Origin: Gammaproteobacteria bacterium
GTDB lineage: Bacteria; Pseudomonadota; Gammaproteobacteria; JAURND01
DNA: 64,000 nt
Direction: 5' to 3'
NCBI GenBank assembly: GCA_035546635.1
Contig: DASZWJ010000019.1
Coordinates: 37,386-101,385 of the forward strand
Part shown: piece after piece, positions 48,626 through 59,092 of the stretch
How the letters are laid out: each line of letters begins with the position of its first letter
Position numbering within the stretch: the first letter of the stretch is position 1
Position numbers and translations under genes: made by a program
The notes under the pieces: generated by a model
The model's database searches: none
What the model saw: only the letters and a program-made list of their open reading frames with translations
What the model was told of the DNA's origin: nothing

Positions 48626-50193
48626 TGCAGTCAAGAGAACAAATAATGAGTCAAAGTAAAAGCCTATTCCGCTCCACCACTATGGTTTCTGGAATTACTT
48701 CCATTTCACGCATTTTAGGATTTTTGCGCGATATGTTGATTGCGCAATTGTTTGGTGCGGTGCCGGCGATCGATGCTTTTTACGTGGCTTTTCGGATACC
48801 GAATTTCATGCGCGGTCTATTTGCTGAAGGTGCGTTCGCACAAGCGTTTGTGCCAGTTTTGTCGGAGTACCGTCAGCAACGCAGCTTTGAAGAAGTGCGT
48901 CAGTTTATTAGTCGCATGCAGGGTAGTTTAGGTTTAGTGTTACTGTTAGTGGTCATGCTGGCTGTGATTTTTACTCCCTGGTTAACGCGCATATTTGCAC
49001 CGGGTTTTGTGCATGATCCCAATCGCTTTCACTTAGCGACGCACATGTTGCGTATCACCTTTCCCTATTTAATGTTGATCTCTTTAACGGCTTTTTATGG
49101 TTCAGTATTAAATAGCTATGGCATGTTTGGCGTACCAGCATTTACCCCGGTGTTATTAAACTTGGTTATGATTATTGCTGCAGTGTGGATGGCGCCGCAT
49201 TTTCATGAGCCGGTAGTTGCTTTGGCTGTAGGCGTATTGATTGCTGGGATAATGCAGTTTTTATTTCAACTGCCTTTTCTAAAATACCGTGGCTTATTTG
49301 TTTGGCCGACCCTCCACTGGCATGATGAAGGGGTAAGAAGGGTGATTAAACTGTTAATTCCTGCGCTGTTTGGGGTTTCTGTGGCGCAGATTAGCTTATT
49401 GGTCGATACCTTATTTGCTTCTTTTTTACCGGCTGGTAGCATCACCTGGTTGTATTATTCAGATCGTTTAACTTATTTTCCTTTAGGTATTTTTGGTGTG
49501 GCTTTAGCGACGGTGGTATTGCCACATTTGTCTCGTAATCATGCAGATAAATCCGCCCAAGAATTTTCTATCGTGTTAGATTGGGCATTACGTTGTGTAC
49601 TGGTCATAGCCATCCCGGCAGGGATAGGCCTGTTTATGTTAGCAAAACCGCTATTTACTACCTTATTTCAGTATGGTCGCTTTAATCCATATGATGTGTT
49701 TATGGCCGGCCGGAGTCTCCGTGCTTATGCATTTGGATTGCCGGCATTTATGTTGGTTAAAGTATTGGCGTCTGGATTTTATTCACAACAGGATATAAAA
49801 ACCCCAGTGCGCGTTGCGGTAATTGCTTTGATAGCGAATATGCTGCTTAACTTTATTTTGATATGGCCTTTGGCACATGCAGGATTGGCATTGGCAACTT
49901 CATTATCTTCAAGTTTGAATGCCGGGCTTTTAGCTTGGTATTTAATCAGACGTAAAGCGTTTCAATTGCAAAAGGGTTGGGGCGTTTATTTATTGCGGCT
50001 ATTTATAGCTAGTTTCGTCACTTGGGCTGTATTGACTTGGTTAACCCCGCAGTTAGGTGTCTGGATACATTGGAGTTGGCATCAAAGAGTGCTCTATCTA
50101 TTGTTTTTAATTTTTGCATCGATGGCTGCGTATTTTATTACTTTAAGAGTGGTGGGTGTGCGCTTAAGAGATTTTCGTGTGGTGACGAAATAA
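48625..50193 (+). CDS. murJ: lipid II flippase MurJ (MviN)
   Basis: 14 TM helices and MurJ N-terminal motif (GITSISRILGFLRDMLIAQLFGA). TAATG overlap with the upstream gene. Confidence 0.9.
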   Translation: MQSREQIMSQSKSLFRSTTMVSGITSISRILGFLRDMLIAQLFGAVPAIDAFYVAFRIPNFMRGLFAEGAFAQAFVPVLSEYRQQRSFEEVRQFISRMQGSLGLVLLLVVMLAVIFTPWLTRIFAPGFVHDPNRFHLATHMLRITFPYLMLISLTAFYGSVLNSYGMFGVPAFTPVLLNLVMIIAAVWMAPHFHEPVVALAVGVLIAGIMQFLFQLPFLKYRGLFVWPTLHWHDEGVRRVIKLLIPALFGVSVAQISLLVDTLFASFLPAGSITWLYYSDRLTYFPLGIFGVALATVVLPHLSRNHADKSAQEFSIVLDWALRCVLVIAIPAGIGLFMLAKPLFTTLFQYGRFNPYDVFMAGRSLRAYAFGLPAFMLVKVLASGFYSQQDIKTPVRVAVIALIANMLLNFILIWPLAHAGLALATSLSSSLNAGLLAWYLIRRKAFQLQKGWGVYLLRLFIASFVTWAVLTWLTPQLGVWIHWSWHQRVLYLLFLIFASMAAYFITLRVVGVRLRDFRVVTK

Positions 50194-50239
50194 GGTCTAA
50201 AGAATAGAAAGAAAATATTAAAGACTGGAGAATATATTT

Positions 50240-51169
50240 TTGTTGAAACTTATTCGTGGGATCTACAACCTGCCTGAAACTTTTCCGCGTTGTGTCCTTA
50301 CCATAGGCAATTTTGATGGTGTACATATCGGCCATCAACAACTTCTAAAACAGCTGCAGCAAAAAGCCCGCGAGATGGGGTTGCCTACCTTGGTAATCAC
50401 CTTTGAGCCGCAACCGAATGAGTTTTTTAAGCCACAAGATGCTCCACCCCGTCTAATGCGATTACATGAAAAAATAAGAGTGTTGAATACTTTAGGCGTC
50501 GATTATGTATTATGTCTGCGTTTTGATCCCTTATTGGCGCGCCTTTCTGCTGAGGATTTTGTGCATACCTTGCTCATCGATAAATTAAATGCTGCTTATG
50601 TGTTAGTAGGGGATGATTTTCATTTTGGTTATAAACGTGGTGGTGATATCAGATTATTAAAACAGATGGGTGAGCGTTTAGGTTTTTTAGCTGAGCAAAT
50701 GCCTACGTATGTCTTCAAGGGAGAGCGGGTTAGTAGTTCACGTGTGCGTCAAGCCTTGGAACAGGGAAGGCTTGATGTAGCACAGCAATTATTAAACCGC
50801 CATTATGGGATTTCCGGTAAAGTAGCGCATGGTGACAAACGTGGACGTATGCTCGGCTTCCCTACGGCTAATGTATTTTTGCATCGCAAGGCTGTGTCAC
50901 TTTCTGGGATTTATGCGGTCATAACCCATGGTGTTTTGCCACATCCAGTTAAAGGCGTTGCTTATGTTGGCAATCGTCCCACCATCGATGGGGGTGGTCG
51001 GAGTTTGCTTGAAGTACATTTGTTCGATTTTAACCAGGAAATTTATGGGCGGCATATTTATGTGGAGTTTTTGCATAAATTACGAGACGATAAAAAATTT
51101 GATTCGGTGGAATTAATGCAACAGCAGATTTTAATAGATGCAAAACAGGCTCGGGAGTATTTCGGATGA
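50240..51169 (+). CDS. ribF: bifunctional riboflavin kinase / FMN adenylyltransferase
   Basis: FAD-synthetase motif (TIGNFDGVHIGHQ) and riboflavin-kinase C-terminal motif (GFPTANV). TTG start. Confidence 0.9.
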   Translation: MLKLIRGIYNLPETFPRCVLTIGNFDGVHIGHQQLLKQLQQKAREMGLPTLVITFEPQPNEFFKPQDAPPRLMRLHEKIRVLNTLGVDYVLCLRFDPLLARLSAEDFVHTLLIDKLNAAYVLVGDDFHFGYKRGGDIRLLKQMGERLGFLAEQMPTYVFKGERVSSSRVRQALEQGRLDVAQQLLNRHYGISGKVAHGDKRGRMLGFPTANVFLHRKAVSLSGIYAVITHGVLPHPVKGVAYVGNRPTIDGGGRSLLEVHLFDFNQEIYGRHIYVEFLHKLRDDKKFDSVELMQQQILIDAKQAREYFG

Positions 51170-52122
51170 AAGGTGTTTCAGATAAAACTAAGGCTGCCAT
51201 TTGTTTAACTTTTTGTGTTGTTTCATGGGCATCCGCTTTTGTGGGTATTCGCATAGGGCTTAAAGGATATAGTCCTGGCAGTGTGGCTTTACTGCGTTAT
51301 TTAATTGCATCAATGGGTATGTTGTTTTTATATTTGTTTTTTTCTAAACGCGATAAGCCAGCTTTAAAAGATATGCCGCTGATTTTTTTTACCGGTGTCG
51401 TTGGGTTTGGAATTTATAACATCGCGTTAAACTATGGTGAAATAACCGTCTCTTCTGGCATAACAGGGTTTATTATCAGTCAGATGCCGGTTATCGTCAC
51501 ATTATTAGCACCGTTGTTATTGAAAGAAAAAATTGCTAAAAGTGCTTGGGTTGGATTAGGGGTGAGTGTGGTTGGCGTGGGTTTAATTGCCATTGCACAT
51601 CGAGGCGATGGCAGCGGAAGCAGTTTGCAGGGTAATCTGGATCTTGGCATTTGGTATTTAATCATCGCAGTTTTTTGCGGTGCTATTTATGCGGTGTGCA
51701 ATAAAATTCTAACACCTAAATATCATCCCATTGAATTGACCGCCTATACTATGTGGAGCGGTACTTTCATATTGTTATTCTATACACCCACGTTATGGAC
51801 AGAGGTTAAAACAGTGTCTATGAGTGCTACGTTGGCATGTGTTTATTTAGGTGCATTTCCTGGGTTTATTGGCTATTTAGCTTGGAGTTATGCGCTAAGG
51901 TATATGCCAGCTTCGCGCGCTTCAAATTATTTATTCTTGATGCCACTGGTGGCGACTGGTTTGGGGTGGTTGTTATTGGGTGAGGTGCCTAAATTATTGG
52001 CACTTTGTGGTGGTGTTGTGGCTTTGGTGGGAGCAATCATTGCAACCCAATACAAGGGTAAAGGATATAAAAAAACGCAAGATATGAATTATATTTTAAA
52101 CAGGCAAGCACCCCATGAATGA
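51166..52122 (+). CDS. DMT-superfamily (EamA-like) transporter
   Basis: 10 TM segments with two EamA repeats. ATGA-coupled to ribF and overlaps thrA by 8 nt. Confidence 0.75.
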   Translation: MKGVSDKTKAAICLTFCVVSWASAFVGIRIGLKGYSPGSVALLRYLIASMGMLFLYLFFSKRDKPALKDMPLIFFTGVVGFGIYNIALNYGEITVSSGITGFIISQMPVIVTLLAPLLLKEKIAKSAWVGLGVSVVGVGLIAIAHRGDGSGSSLQGNLDLGIWYLIIAVFCGAIYAVCNKILTPKYHPIELTAYTMWSGTFILLFYTPTLWTEVKTVSMSATLACVYLGAFPGFIGYLAWSYALRYMPASRASNYLFLMPLVATGLGWLLLGEVPKLLALCGGVVALVGAIIATQYKGKGYKKTQDMNYILNRQAPHE

Positions 52123-54574
52123 AATCTCCAATCCCATAGAAGTCCATAAATTTGGTGGCAGTAGTTTAGCAACGGCAGCGCATTTTCGTGCTGTGCAAAA
52201 TATTGTGCGCGGCAATCGAACGGCTATTGTTGTATCCGCAAGCGCCGGTATCACTAATCAATTGCAGGCATTGTTAAATTTGGCCTGCCAGCAGCAGGCA
52301 TATCACGAAAAATTAGCGGACATAAAACAGTTTCAACACGACATCATCCAGCATTTGCTCGATGCTGACCCACAATGCCAAGAGATGGTGAGTATAATCA
52401 ACAGTGACTGCGACGCGATAGCAAACCTCTTGCGTACCACGCAACTACTAGGCAGCTATAATACGCAAGTGCAAGATAAGGTATTGGGTTATGGCGAGTT
52501 ATGGTCAGCACAAATCCTGGCAGCATTATTAAACCGTGAAGCCGCTACGTTATTTATCGATGCATCTAAAATATTAATTACTTATCGCAAACACAAGCAA
52601 CAATATATTGACTGGGAGCATAGTCAGCAGCTGCTAGATCCATTATTGCAGTCTGCAGATTTTCAACATTTAGTGATTACTGGATTTATCGCCACTAATG
52701 CAGAACACCAGTTTGTTACCTTAGGGCGCAATGGTAGTGATTATTCTGCAGCTATATTTGCGCGTCTATTGCATGCAGAAAAGCTGATTATCTGGACTGA
52801 TGTCGATGGAATTTACAGTGCAGATCCTAATAAAGTTCGTTCTGCATTTCCTTTGCCGGAACTCTCGTATGAAGAAGCTTTAGAGCTTGCTTATTTTGGT
52901 GCGAAAGTGATTCATCCGCAGACCATATTTCCAGCTATCAATAATAATATTCCCATTTATGTAAAACACAGTGGAAACCCTTTAGCACCTGGAACTAAAA
53001 TCTCAGCAAAATGCCAGACTACTGACTATTTAGTAAAAGGTTTAAGCTGTATTGATGATGTCGCTTTGATCAATATAGAAGGCTCAGGCATGGTTGGGGT
53101 TTCAGGTACGGCAACTCGCGTGTTTCAAGTGTTATACCAGGGAGGCATTTCAGTTATTCTGATTTCTCAGGCTAGTTCTGAACATTCTATTTGCTTTGCA
53201 GTTAAGCAAGATCAGGCGAATCAGGCACAGGAGTTTCTGCAGGAACAGTTTCAGTTTGAAATTGGCCAGCAATTAATTAAAGGGATTACTATCGATAAAA
53301 ATTGTTCAGTTTTAGCGGTAGTTGGCGATGGTATGGTCGGTCACCAGGGGGTGGCAGGTAAATTATTCAATACGCTGACCAAGGCGAATGTCAATATCAA
53401 AGCGGTAGCGCAAGGATCATCAGAGCGCAATATCTCTGTTGTAGTGGAACGTCTCGATATTTATAAAGCGCTACGTGCGGTGCATTCCGGTTTTTATTTG
53501 TCGAGCAAAACATTATCTATTGGTTTAATTGGTCCAGGTCAGGTTGGAGCGACGTTATTGCAGCAAATAGCTGATACCGCCCCCCAGTTACAGCACAAGC
53601 GTAAAGTTAATTTACAGGTGCGCGGTATTATCGATTCTAAAAAAATGTTATTGGCGGATAGCAATATTGATCTGAAGCAATGGCAATCACAACGTGATAG
53701 TGTAGCCACAACCGCGAATATGGAAGATTTTATCAATCATATTGCTGCGGATGATATGCCGCATGCGGTCATTATCGATTGCACAGCGAGCGCAAAGATT
53801 GCTGATCTCTATCCGCATTTTATTGCTCGCGGCCTACATATTATTACTCCTAATAAGCGTGCTAACTCAGGAAATTTTAGTTTTTATCAGGAATTGCATG
53901 CTTTTGCGCAACAAAAAAATCGTTTTTATTTATATGAGACAACGGTTTGTGCGGGTTTGCCGGTTATTAAAACCTTGCAAGATATTGTTGCTACTGGTGA
54001 TGAAGTATTGAGTATTCAAGGAGTAGTGTCGGGGACACTCAGTTATATATTTAGTCAGCTTGGCATGGGACAAAAATTTTCCTCCATCGTACGTGAAGCT
54101 AAGCGGCAGGGTTATACGGAACCTGATCCGCGTGATGACTTATCTGGAATGGATGTGGCGCGCAAATTTGTGTGTTTGGCGCGGGAGTTGGGGCATAACT
54201 CGACTTTAGAAAGCTTGTCTATTACTAGCCTGGTTCCTGCGCCATTGCAACAGGTGAGTGCTGAAGAATTCTTGGAGCGTCTGCCTGAGTTTGATGAGCA
54301 AATACATGCATCATTGGAGCCTATGTTAGCGCGGGGAGAAAAGCCGCATTATGTGGGTACCATAGATGCTAATGGTAGTATTCATATTGCAATTGCAGGA
54401 TTTGGTCAAAATCATCCGTTTAGCCGTTTGCAGGGCACTGATAATATGCTGATTTTTACGACACGGCGTTATCAACCACAGTCTTTGGTGATACAAGGTC
54501 CAGGTGCCGGTACTGAGGTGACGGCAGCGGGGATTTTTGCGGATTTACTGCGATTGGTTACGGCTTTAGATTAA
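52115..54574 (+). CDS. thrA: bifunctional aspartate kinase / homoserine dehydrogenase
   Basis: N-terminal aspartokinase (KFGGSSLA), two ACT domains and C-terminal HSDH (GLIGPGQVGATLL). Confidence 0.95.
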   Translation: MNEISNPIEVHKFGGSSLATAAHFRAVQNIVRGNRTAIVVSASAGITNQLQALLNLACQQQAYHEKLADIKQFQHDIIQHLLDADPQCQEMVSIINSDCDAIANLLRTTQLLGSYNTQVQDKVLGYGELWSAQILAALLNREAATLFIDASKILITYRKHKQQYIDWEHSQQLLDPLLQSADFQHLVITGFIATNAEHQFVTLGRNGSDYSAAIFARLLHAEKLIIWTDVDGIYSADPNKVRSAFPLPELSYEEALELAYFGAKVIHPQTIFPAINNNIPIYVKHSGNPLAPGTKISAKCQTTDYLVKGLSCIDDVALINIEGSGMVGVSGTATRVFQVLYQGGISVILISQASSEHSICFAVKQDQANQAQEFLQEQFQFEIGQQLIKGITIDKNCSVLAVVGDGMVGHQGVAGKLFNTLTKANVNIKAVAQGSSERNISVVVERLDIYKALRAVHSGFYLSSKTLSIGLIGPGQVGATLLQQIADTAPQLQHKRKVNLQVRGIIDSKKMLLADSNIDLKQWQSQRDSVATTANMEDFINHIAADDMPHAVIIDCTASAKIADLYPHFIARGLHIITPNKRANSGNFSFYQELHAFAQQKNRFYLYETTVCAGLPVIKTLQDIVATGDEVLSIQGVVSGTLSYIFSQLGMGQKFSSIVREAKRQGYTEPDPRDDLSGMDVARKFVCLARELGHNSTLESLSITSLVPAPLQQVSAEEFLERLPEFDEQIHASLEPMLARGEKPHYVGTIDANGSIHIAIAGFGQNHPFSRLQGTDNMLIFTTRRYQPQSLVIQGPGAGTEVTAAGIFADLLRLVTALD

Positions 54575-54584
54575 GAGAATAAAT

Positions 54585-55514
54585 ATGCATGATTTACAAA
54601 CTGTCACTGCCTATGCGCCTGCAACTTGCGGCAATGTGATTGTTGGTTTTGATATTTTAGGGTTAGCTATCTCAAATGTTGGTGACAAAGTCACATTGAC
54701 GCGTCGTCAAGATAGCGCTTTAGTCATTACACATATTTCTGGCATAGATTCTCTACCGACTGATCCCAAGCAAAATATTGCTTCAGCGGTGATAGCGCAG
54801 TTATTGGCCGATCTCAATCTCAATTGGGGCTTTGATATTGAGTTACATAAAGGGATTCCTTTAAGCTCAGGTTTGGGTGGTTCTGCGGCATCGGCAGCCG
54901 CTGCATTGATGGCTTTGAATCAGTTTTTGCCTACACCGTTATCACTCACGCAGTTGGCGCATTATGCTATGTTGGGAGAAGCTTTATGCAGCGGTCAGGC
55001 ACACCCTGATAATATTGTGCCGGCATTGTATGGTGGTATTACGTTAATTACAGAGCAGAATCCGATTCAGGTCGTGTCGCTGCCTATTCCTGATATTGTT
55101 TGTGTGTTAGTGCATCCGCATTTGGAATTAACCACGCGCAAAGCACGTAGTATTTTAGCTGCTAGCGTACCGTTGCATGCCCATTGTGTGCAATCTGCTT
55201 ATCTCGCTGGTTTTATTAGTGCGCTCTATCAAAAGGATTTAAACTTAATAGCACAATCCTTGCGAGACGTCATCATAGAACCGCAACGTGAGCAATTAGT
55301 ACCTGGTTTTTCTGCTGTTAAAAAGGCGGCATTGGCGAAAGGAGCATTAGGTGCGTCTTTATCAGGTTCAGGTCCAACCGTGTTGGCGTTTGCGCGTGAC
55401 GCAATGCAAGCAGAACAAGTAGGACTAGCTATGCAGGCGGCATTTGCTAAATGTGGTATTACTAGTAATATATATTTATCGCCGATAAGTCAGCAGGGGG
55501 CGTATGTGATGTGA
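54585..55514 (+). CDS. thrB: homoserine kinase
   Basis: GHMP kinase motif (PLSSGLGGSAASAAAA). Confidence 0.9.
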   Translation: MHDLQTVTAYAPATCGNVIVGFDILGLAISNVGDKVTLTRRQDSALVITHISGIDSLPTDPKQNIASAVIAQLLADLNLNWGFDIELHKGIPLSSGLGGSAASAAAALMALNQFLPTPLSLTQLAHYAMLGEALCSGQAHPDNIVPALYGGITLITEQNPIQVVSLPIPDIVCVLVHPHLELTTRKARSILAASVPLHAHCVQSAYLAGFISALYQKDLNLIAQSLRDVIIEPQREQLVPGFSAVKKAALAKGALGASLSGSGPTVLAFARDAMQAEQVGLAMQAAFAKCGITSNIYLSPISQQGAYVM

Positions 55515-55548
55515 TTAAATTCATATAAAGAAATAAGGAGCAAGTTTC

Positions 55549-56823
55549 ATGCAATTTCATAGCACTGAAAATCAACAACCCCACTATGATTTTATATCAG
55601 CCGTGTTAAGTGGATTAGCAAAAGATGGTGGGTTATATGTCCCTGATGCATTTCCAAAACTCCAGCTTGATACATTTTCTCTATCTTCCTACCCTGAGTT
55701 TGCCAGCCAATTATTAAAACATTTTATAAGCGCACCACTGCAAAATGATTTGCAAGTCATGTGTCAACAAGCTTTTAACTTTGCAGTACCTAATACGCAA
55801 ATAAACGCAAATACCTGGATGTTAGAATTATTTCATGGGCCGACTTTATCATTTAAAGATTTTGGTGCCCGTTTTCTAGCCCAATGTATGGCGCGTATTC
55901 CTACAAATAAACCATTAACAATTTTAGTCGCCACTTCCGGTGATACCGGTTCTGCAGTTGCCAGTGCATTTTTTCAACAGCATCCAACACGAGTCATTGT
56001 ACTTTTTCCACGTGGAAAAATTTCTTTAAGACAACAGCAACAAATCACTTGCTGGCAGGACAATATATTGGCGGTTGCTGTGGAGGGTGCATTTGATGAT
56101 TGTCAACGTATAGTTAAAACAGCATTTAGCGATTCGAGCTGGCAAAGTAAATATCAGCTGAGTACTGCCAACAGCATTAACATCGCCCGTCTTTTGCCAC
56201 AAATTGTTTATTATGCCTATACCAGTTTACAGTTTCAGCAGCAAAAGGGTCAGAGTGTAGGTTTTATTGTGCCATCAGGCAATTTGGGCAATGTCACGGC
56301 AGCCTATTGGGCGAAACAGCTTGGATTTCCACTGCGTGAAATTGTGATTGCAACTAATGCTAATCGCCCGCTCACACATTATCTGGAAACAGGTAAATAC
56401 CAACCTTTCCCGACGCAAGCTACGCTTGCTAATGCAATGGATGTGGGTAATCCCAGTAATTTTGCGCGATTAAAGGATTTATTCCCAGACTTTACTGATT
56501 TTAAATCTCAGGTGCACGCAATACGTGTTGATGATGAGGGAATTAAACAGGCAATTACTCAGGCTTATCAAAAAGAACAAGTGCTGATCTGTCCGCATAC
56601 CGCAACTGCCTATTATGCACGTCAGCAGTTGAATGATAAACCGTGGATTATTGTAGCAACGGCTCATCCATGCAAATTTGAAAATGTGATTGAACCCATT
56701 ATTAGCAAACCGTTACCACCTGCGCCAGAGCTGATGGCGTTATTGAAACGTCAGCAGAAATTTGAAACGATCCTTCCTGAGTTGTCGGCATTAACTAAAG
56801 TGGCCGATAAATATTTTTCATAA
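55549..56823 (+). CDS. thrC: threonine synthase (long type)
   Basis: FHGPTLSFKDFGARFLAQ (compare E. coli FAFKDFGGRFMAQ). 424 aa. Confidence 0.9.
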   Translation: MQFHSTENQQPHYDFISAVLSGLAKDGGLYVPDAFPKLQLDTFSLSSYPEFASQLLKHFISAPLQNDLQVMCQQAFNFAVPNTQINANTWMLELFHGPTLSFKDFGARFLAQCMARIPTNKPLTILVATSGDTGSAVASAFFQQHPTRVIVLFPRGKISLRQQQQITCWQDNILAVAVEGAFDDCQRIVKTAFSDSSWQSKYQLSTANSINIARLLPQIVYYAYTSLQFQQQKGQSVGFIVPSGNLGNVTAAYWAKQLGFPLREIVIATNANRPLTHYLETGKYQPFPTQATLANAMDVGNPSNFARLKDLFPDFTDFKSQVHAIRVDDEGIKQAITQAYQKEQVLICPHTATAYYARQQLNDKPWIIVATAHPCKFENVIEPIISKPLPPAPELMALLKRQQKFETILPELSALTKVADKYFS

Positions 56824-56959
56824 CTACTCTCCTCTTAAACTTCACGTGTGCTTAATTCTGTTTTTATTAGGAAACACTCTGTTTATTTTTTATGCCTTCT
56901 CAATTTTTGCTGATAAATTATAATAAAAGCATTGTAAAAAATGAGATGAGGTATGAAAA

Positions 56960-57589
56960 ATGCAATTTAAAATGTTTCAAAATAAATTTAAGAATGATAA
57001 AGATTCCAAAGATATTACATTCGTTTTGTCAGCTAAGTCAGCTTATGATCGTTTAATTAATCTTATTAATCGTGCATACTGTCCATTGGTGCGTGAAGAG
57101 GAGGAAACCCTAGCGTTTTGGTCTATATCTGAAAATGTAGATTCATTTCTTAGTCAACGCCCTTGTTTATATTTACCCAAAAAAACGGATGTCATAAATG
57201 ACCACCAAAAAGAAAGATTAATCGATTTTTTGAAAGGGGCATTTTTACTATCAACATTAGCTTCAGCTGAAGATGGGTGTGTCGCTTTGCAAGGCATGAT
57301 TCAGCGCTTTCTTGCCTGGGGTAATAGTGATTTCCATCAAGTTTTAGCTGAGGCGATTACTCAAGATTTATTTCGACTTAAAACTGCAGCAGAAGAAAAA
57401 AAACTAGAAAGCAGAGGTCTTGAAAAAGAAGAGACGGTATGTTTGGAAGGAGATTTCTCCCGAAGCGCTAAAAAAGTTCAACAGCAATTAATGAGAACTT
57501 CGCAGAGTTTTCTTGCAAGAGAGCAAAATAGACAAGATTTCATGCGTTTTGCTAACACGAGTAGACTTCGAGCAATAGGAATTACCTAA
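56960..57589 (+). CDS. hypothetical protein (209 aa)
   Basis: ORF with an AT-rich upstream region and no recognisable domain. It is the first gene of the small insert between thrC and dnaJ. Confidence 0.5.
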   Translation: MQFKMFQNKFKNDKDSKDITFVLSAKSAYDRLINLINRAYCPLVREEEETLAFWSISENVDSFLSQRPCLYLPKKTDVINDHQKERLIDFLKGAFLLSTLASAEDGCVALQGMIQRFLAWGNSDFHQVLAEAITQDLFRLKTAAEEKKLESRGLEKEETVCLEGDFSRSAKKVQQQLMRTSQSFLAREQNRQDFMRFANTSRLRAIGIT

Positions 57590-57784
57590 ATAATTATATA
57601 AAAATATGGTTACATCTATTGATTCGATTATGGAAAATTCTCTCTGTAACAGAAGACTGAGTTAATTAATTTAACATAACTGAACTACCTTTTCAAAGAA
57701 GGAGAGTAGCTATAATTTAGTTAAATACGGTATTGACAGCAATATCAAACCCAACCATGATGGCTCGCAAATAGGATTATTTCA

Positions 57785-58762
57785 ATGCCAGCCATCAAAA
57801 ATAGAAAAATTCAAAAAATTTCACTTTCTCATACTAATCCACATGATAGTTTTTTTGCGCAATCATTATCAGACTTAACTATCGCTAGAGATTTTTTAGA
57901 ACAGTATCTGCCAAAACCATTGCTAGAATCATTGGATTTAACAACGCTAGAAATTTGTAAAGATCGTATTGTGGATGGCAAGCTGCGTTCTTCTTATACA
58001 GATGTCGTTTATCGAATAAAGCTGAAAGAGGGTTCTCAAACTGCCTATATTATTAATTTAATTGAACATCAATCAACACCACGAGCTGATATGCCAGTGC
58101 GAGTTTTGCTTTATGAGAGTGGTCTAATTAAAAATCATTGGGATAATCATAAAGAAGTTCCTCTAGTCTATTCAACGGTTTTTTATAATGGTAAGGAAGC
58201 CTGGTATTATCCTACTCATCTTAAAGCGATGATTAATGCGCCACCTGATTTAATTGATCGTTATGCTTTCCAACCTTTTCAGTTAATACAATTGAATCAT
58301 ATTCCTGATGAAGTATTAAAAGAACATTTATGGTCTGGATTGGTGAGCCTTGCTATGAAGCATATCTATGACCGAGATATACTACCTATTTTGAAAGAAT
58401 TAATGGATATGTTACAGCAAGCAGAGCAATATGGTAGGCAGGACATTCCTTTGAAAATATTATATTATTTTGCTGTGGCGAATGAAGTATCTGATTCAGA
58501 TGCATTCAATGAGCTGATTAATTCGCATTTGTCCTATCAAATAGGGGAGAGTCTTATGACGTTAGTAGAGCAGTATCGCCAGAAAGGTAGAGTAGAGGGT
58601 ATAGCTGAAGGGAGAGTGAAAGGTATAGCGCAGGGTAGAGAAGAAGGAAAAAATGAAACTATCTTGAAGATGGTAAGTACTATGCTAAAACAGGGTTATA
58701 GTTCTGAAGCCATTGCTAAAATTACTGGTTTAACTATTGAGGAAATACATTCAATAACTTAA
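57785..58762 (+). CDS. Rpn-family (YhgA-like, PD-(D/E)xK) recombination-promoting nuclease / putative transposase
   Basis: The N-terminal ~280 aa are collinear with the Rpn/YhgA family. The C-terminus carries G-rich repeats (GRVEGIAEGRVKGIAQGREEG). Confidence 0.7.
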   Translation: MPAIKNRKIQKISLSHTNPHDSFFAQSLSDLTIARDFLEQYLPKPLLESLDLTTLEICKDRIVDGKLRSSYTDVVYRIKLKEGSQTAYIINLIEHQSTPRADMPVRVLLYESGLIKNHWDNHKEVPLVYSTVFYNGKEAWYYPTHLKAMINAPPDLIDRYAFQPFQLIQLNHIPDEVLKEHLWSGLVSLAMKHIYDRDILPILKELMDMLQQAEQYGRQDIPLKILYYFAVANEVSDSDAFNELINSHLSYQIGESLMTLVEQYRQKGRVEGIAEGRVKGIAQGREEGKNETILKMVSTMLKQGYSSEAIAKITGLTIEEIHSIT

Positions 58763-58799
58763 TTATTTTCATTTATCCCTTAAGATCGGAGAATTACTT

Positions 58800-59033
58800 G
58801 TGACTTTAGTAGAGCAATATTACCAGAAAGGGTTTTTAGAAGGATTTAAAGAAGAGCTTAGAAAAATTATACCAAAAGTTATAGCAGAAGCTAGGGAACC
58901 AGGAAAAAATGAAACTATCTTGAAGATAGCACATAATCTGCTAAAGGAAAATTTTAGTCCTGAAGTCGTTGCTAAAGCGACGGCTTTGACTATTGAGAAA
59001 ATATCTCTGAAAATATCTCTTCTGGTAGATTAA
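58800..59033 (+). pseudogene. duplicated C-terminal fragment of the Rpn-family gene
   Basis: 77 aa collinear with the C-terminus of the preceding gene (MTLVEQYYQKG...GKNETILKIAHNLLK vs LMTLVEQYRQKG...GKNETILKMVSTMLK). Confidence 0.6.
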
Positions 59034-59092
59034 ACTGTAAGATTGAACGAAAATATTTCCTCAATCAGTTGAGATCAAAAAAACCTAGTCAT

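Noticed and set aside
57785-58762. Rpn-family gene as part of a classical IS element
   Set aside because: No terminal inverted repeats or target-site duplications were found flanking it. Rpn proteins are usually stand-alone.
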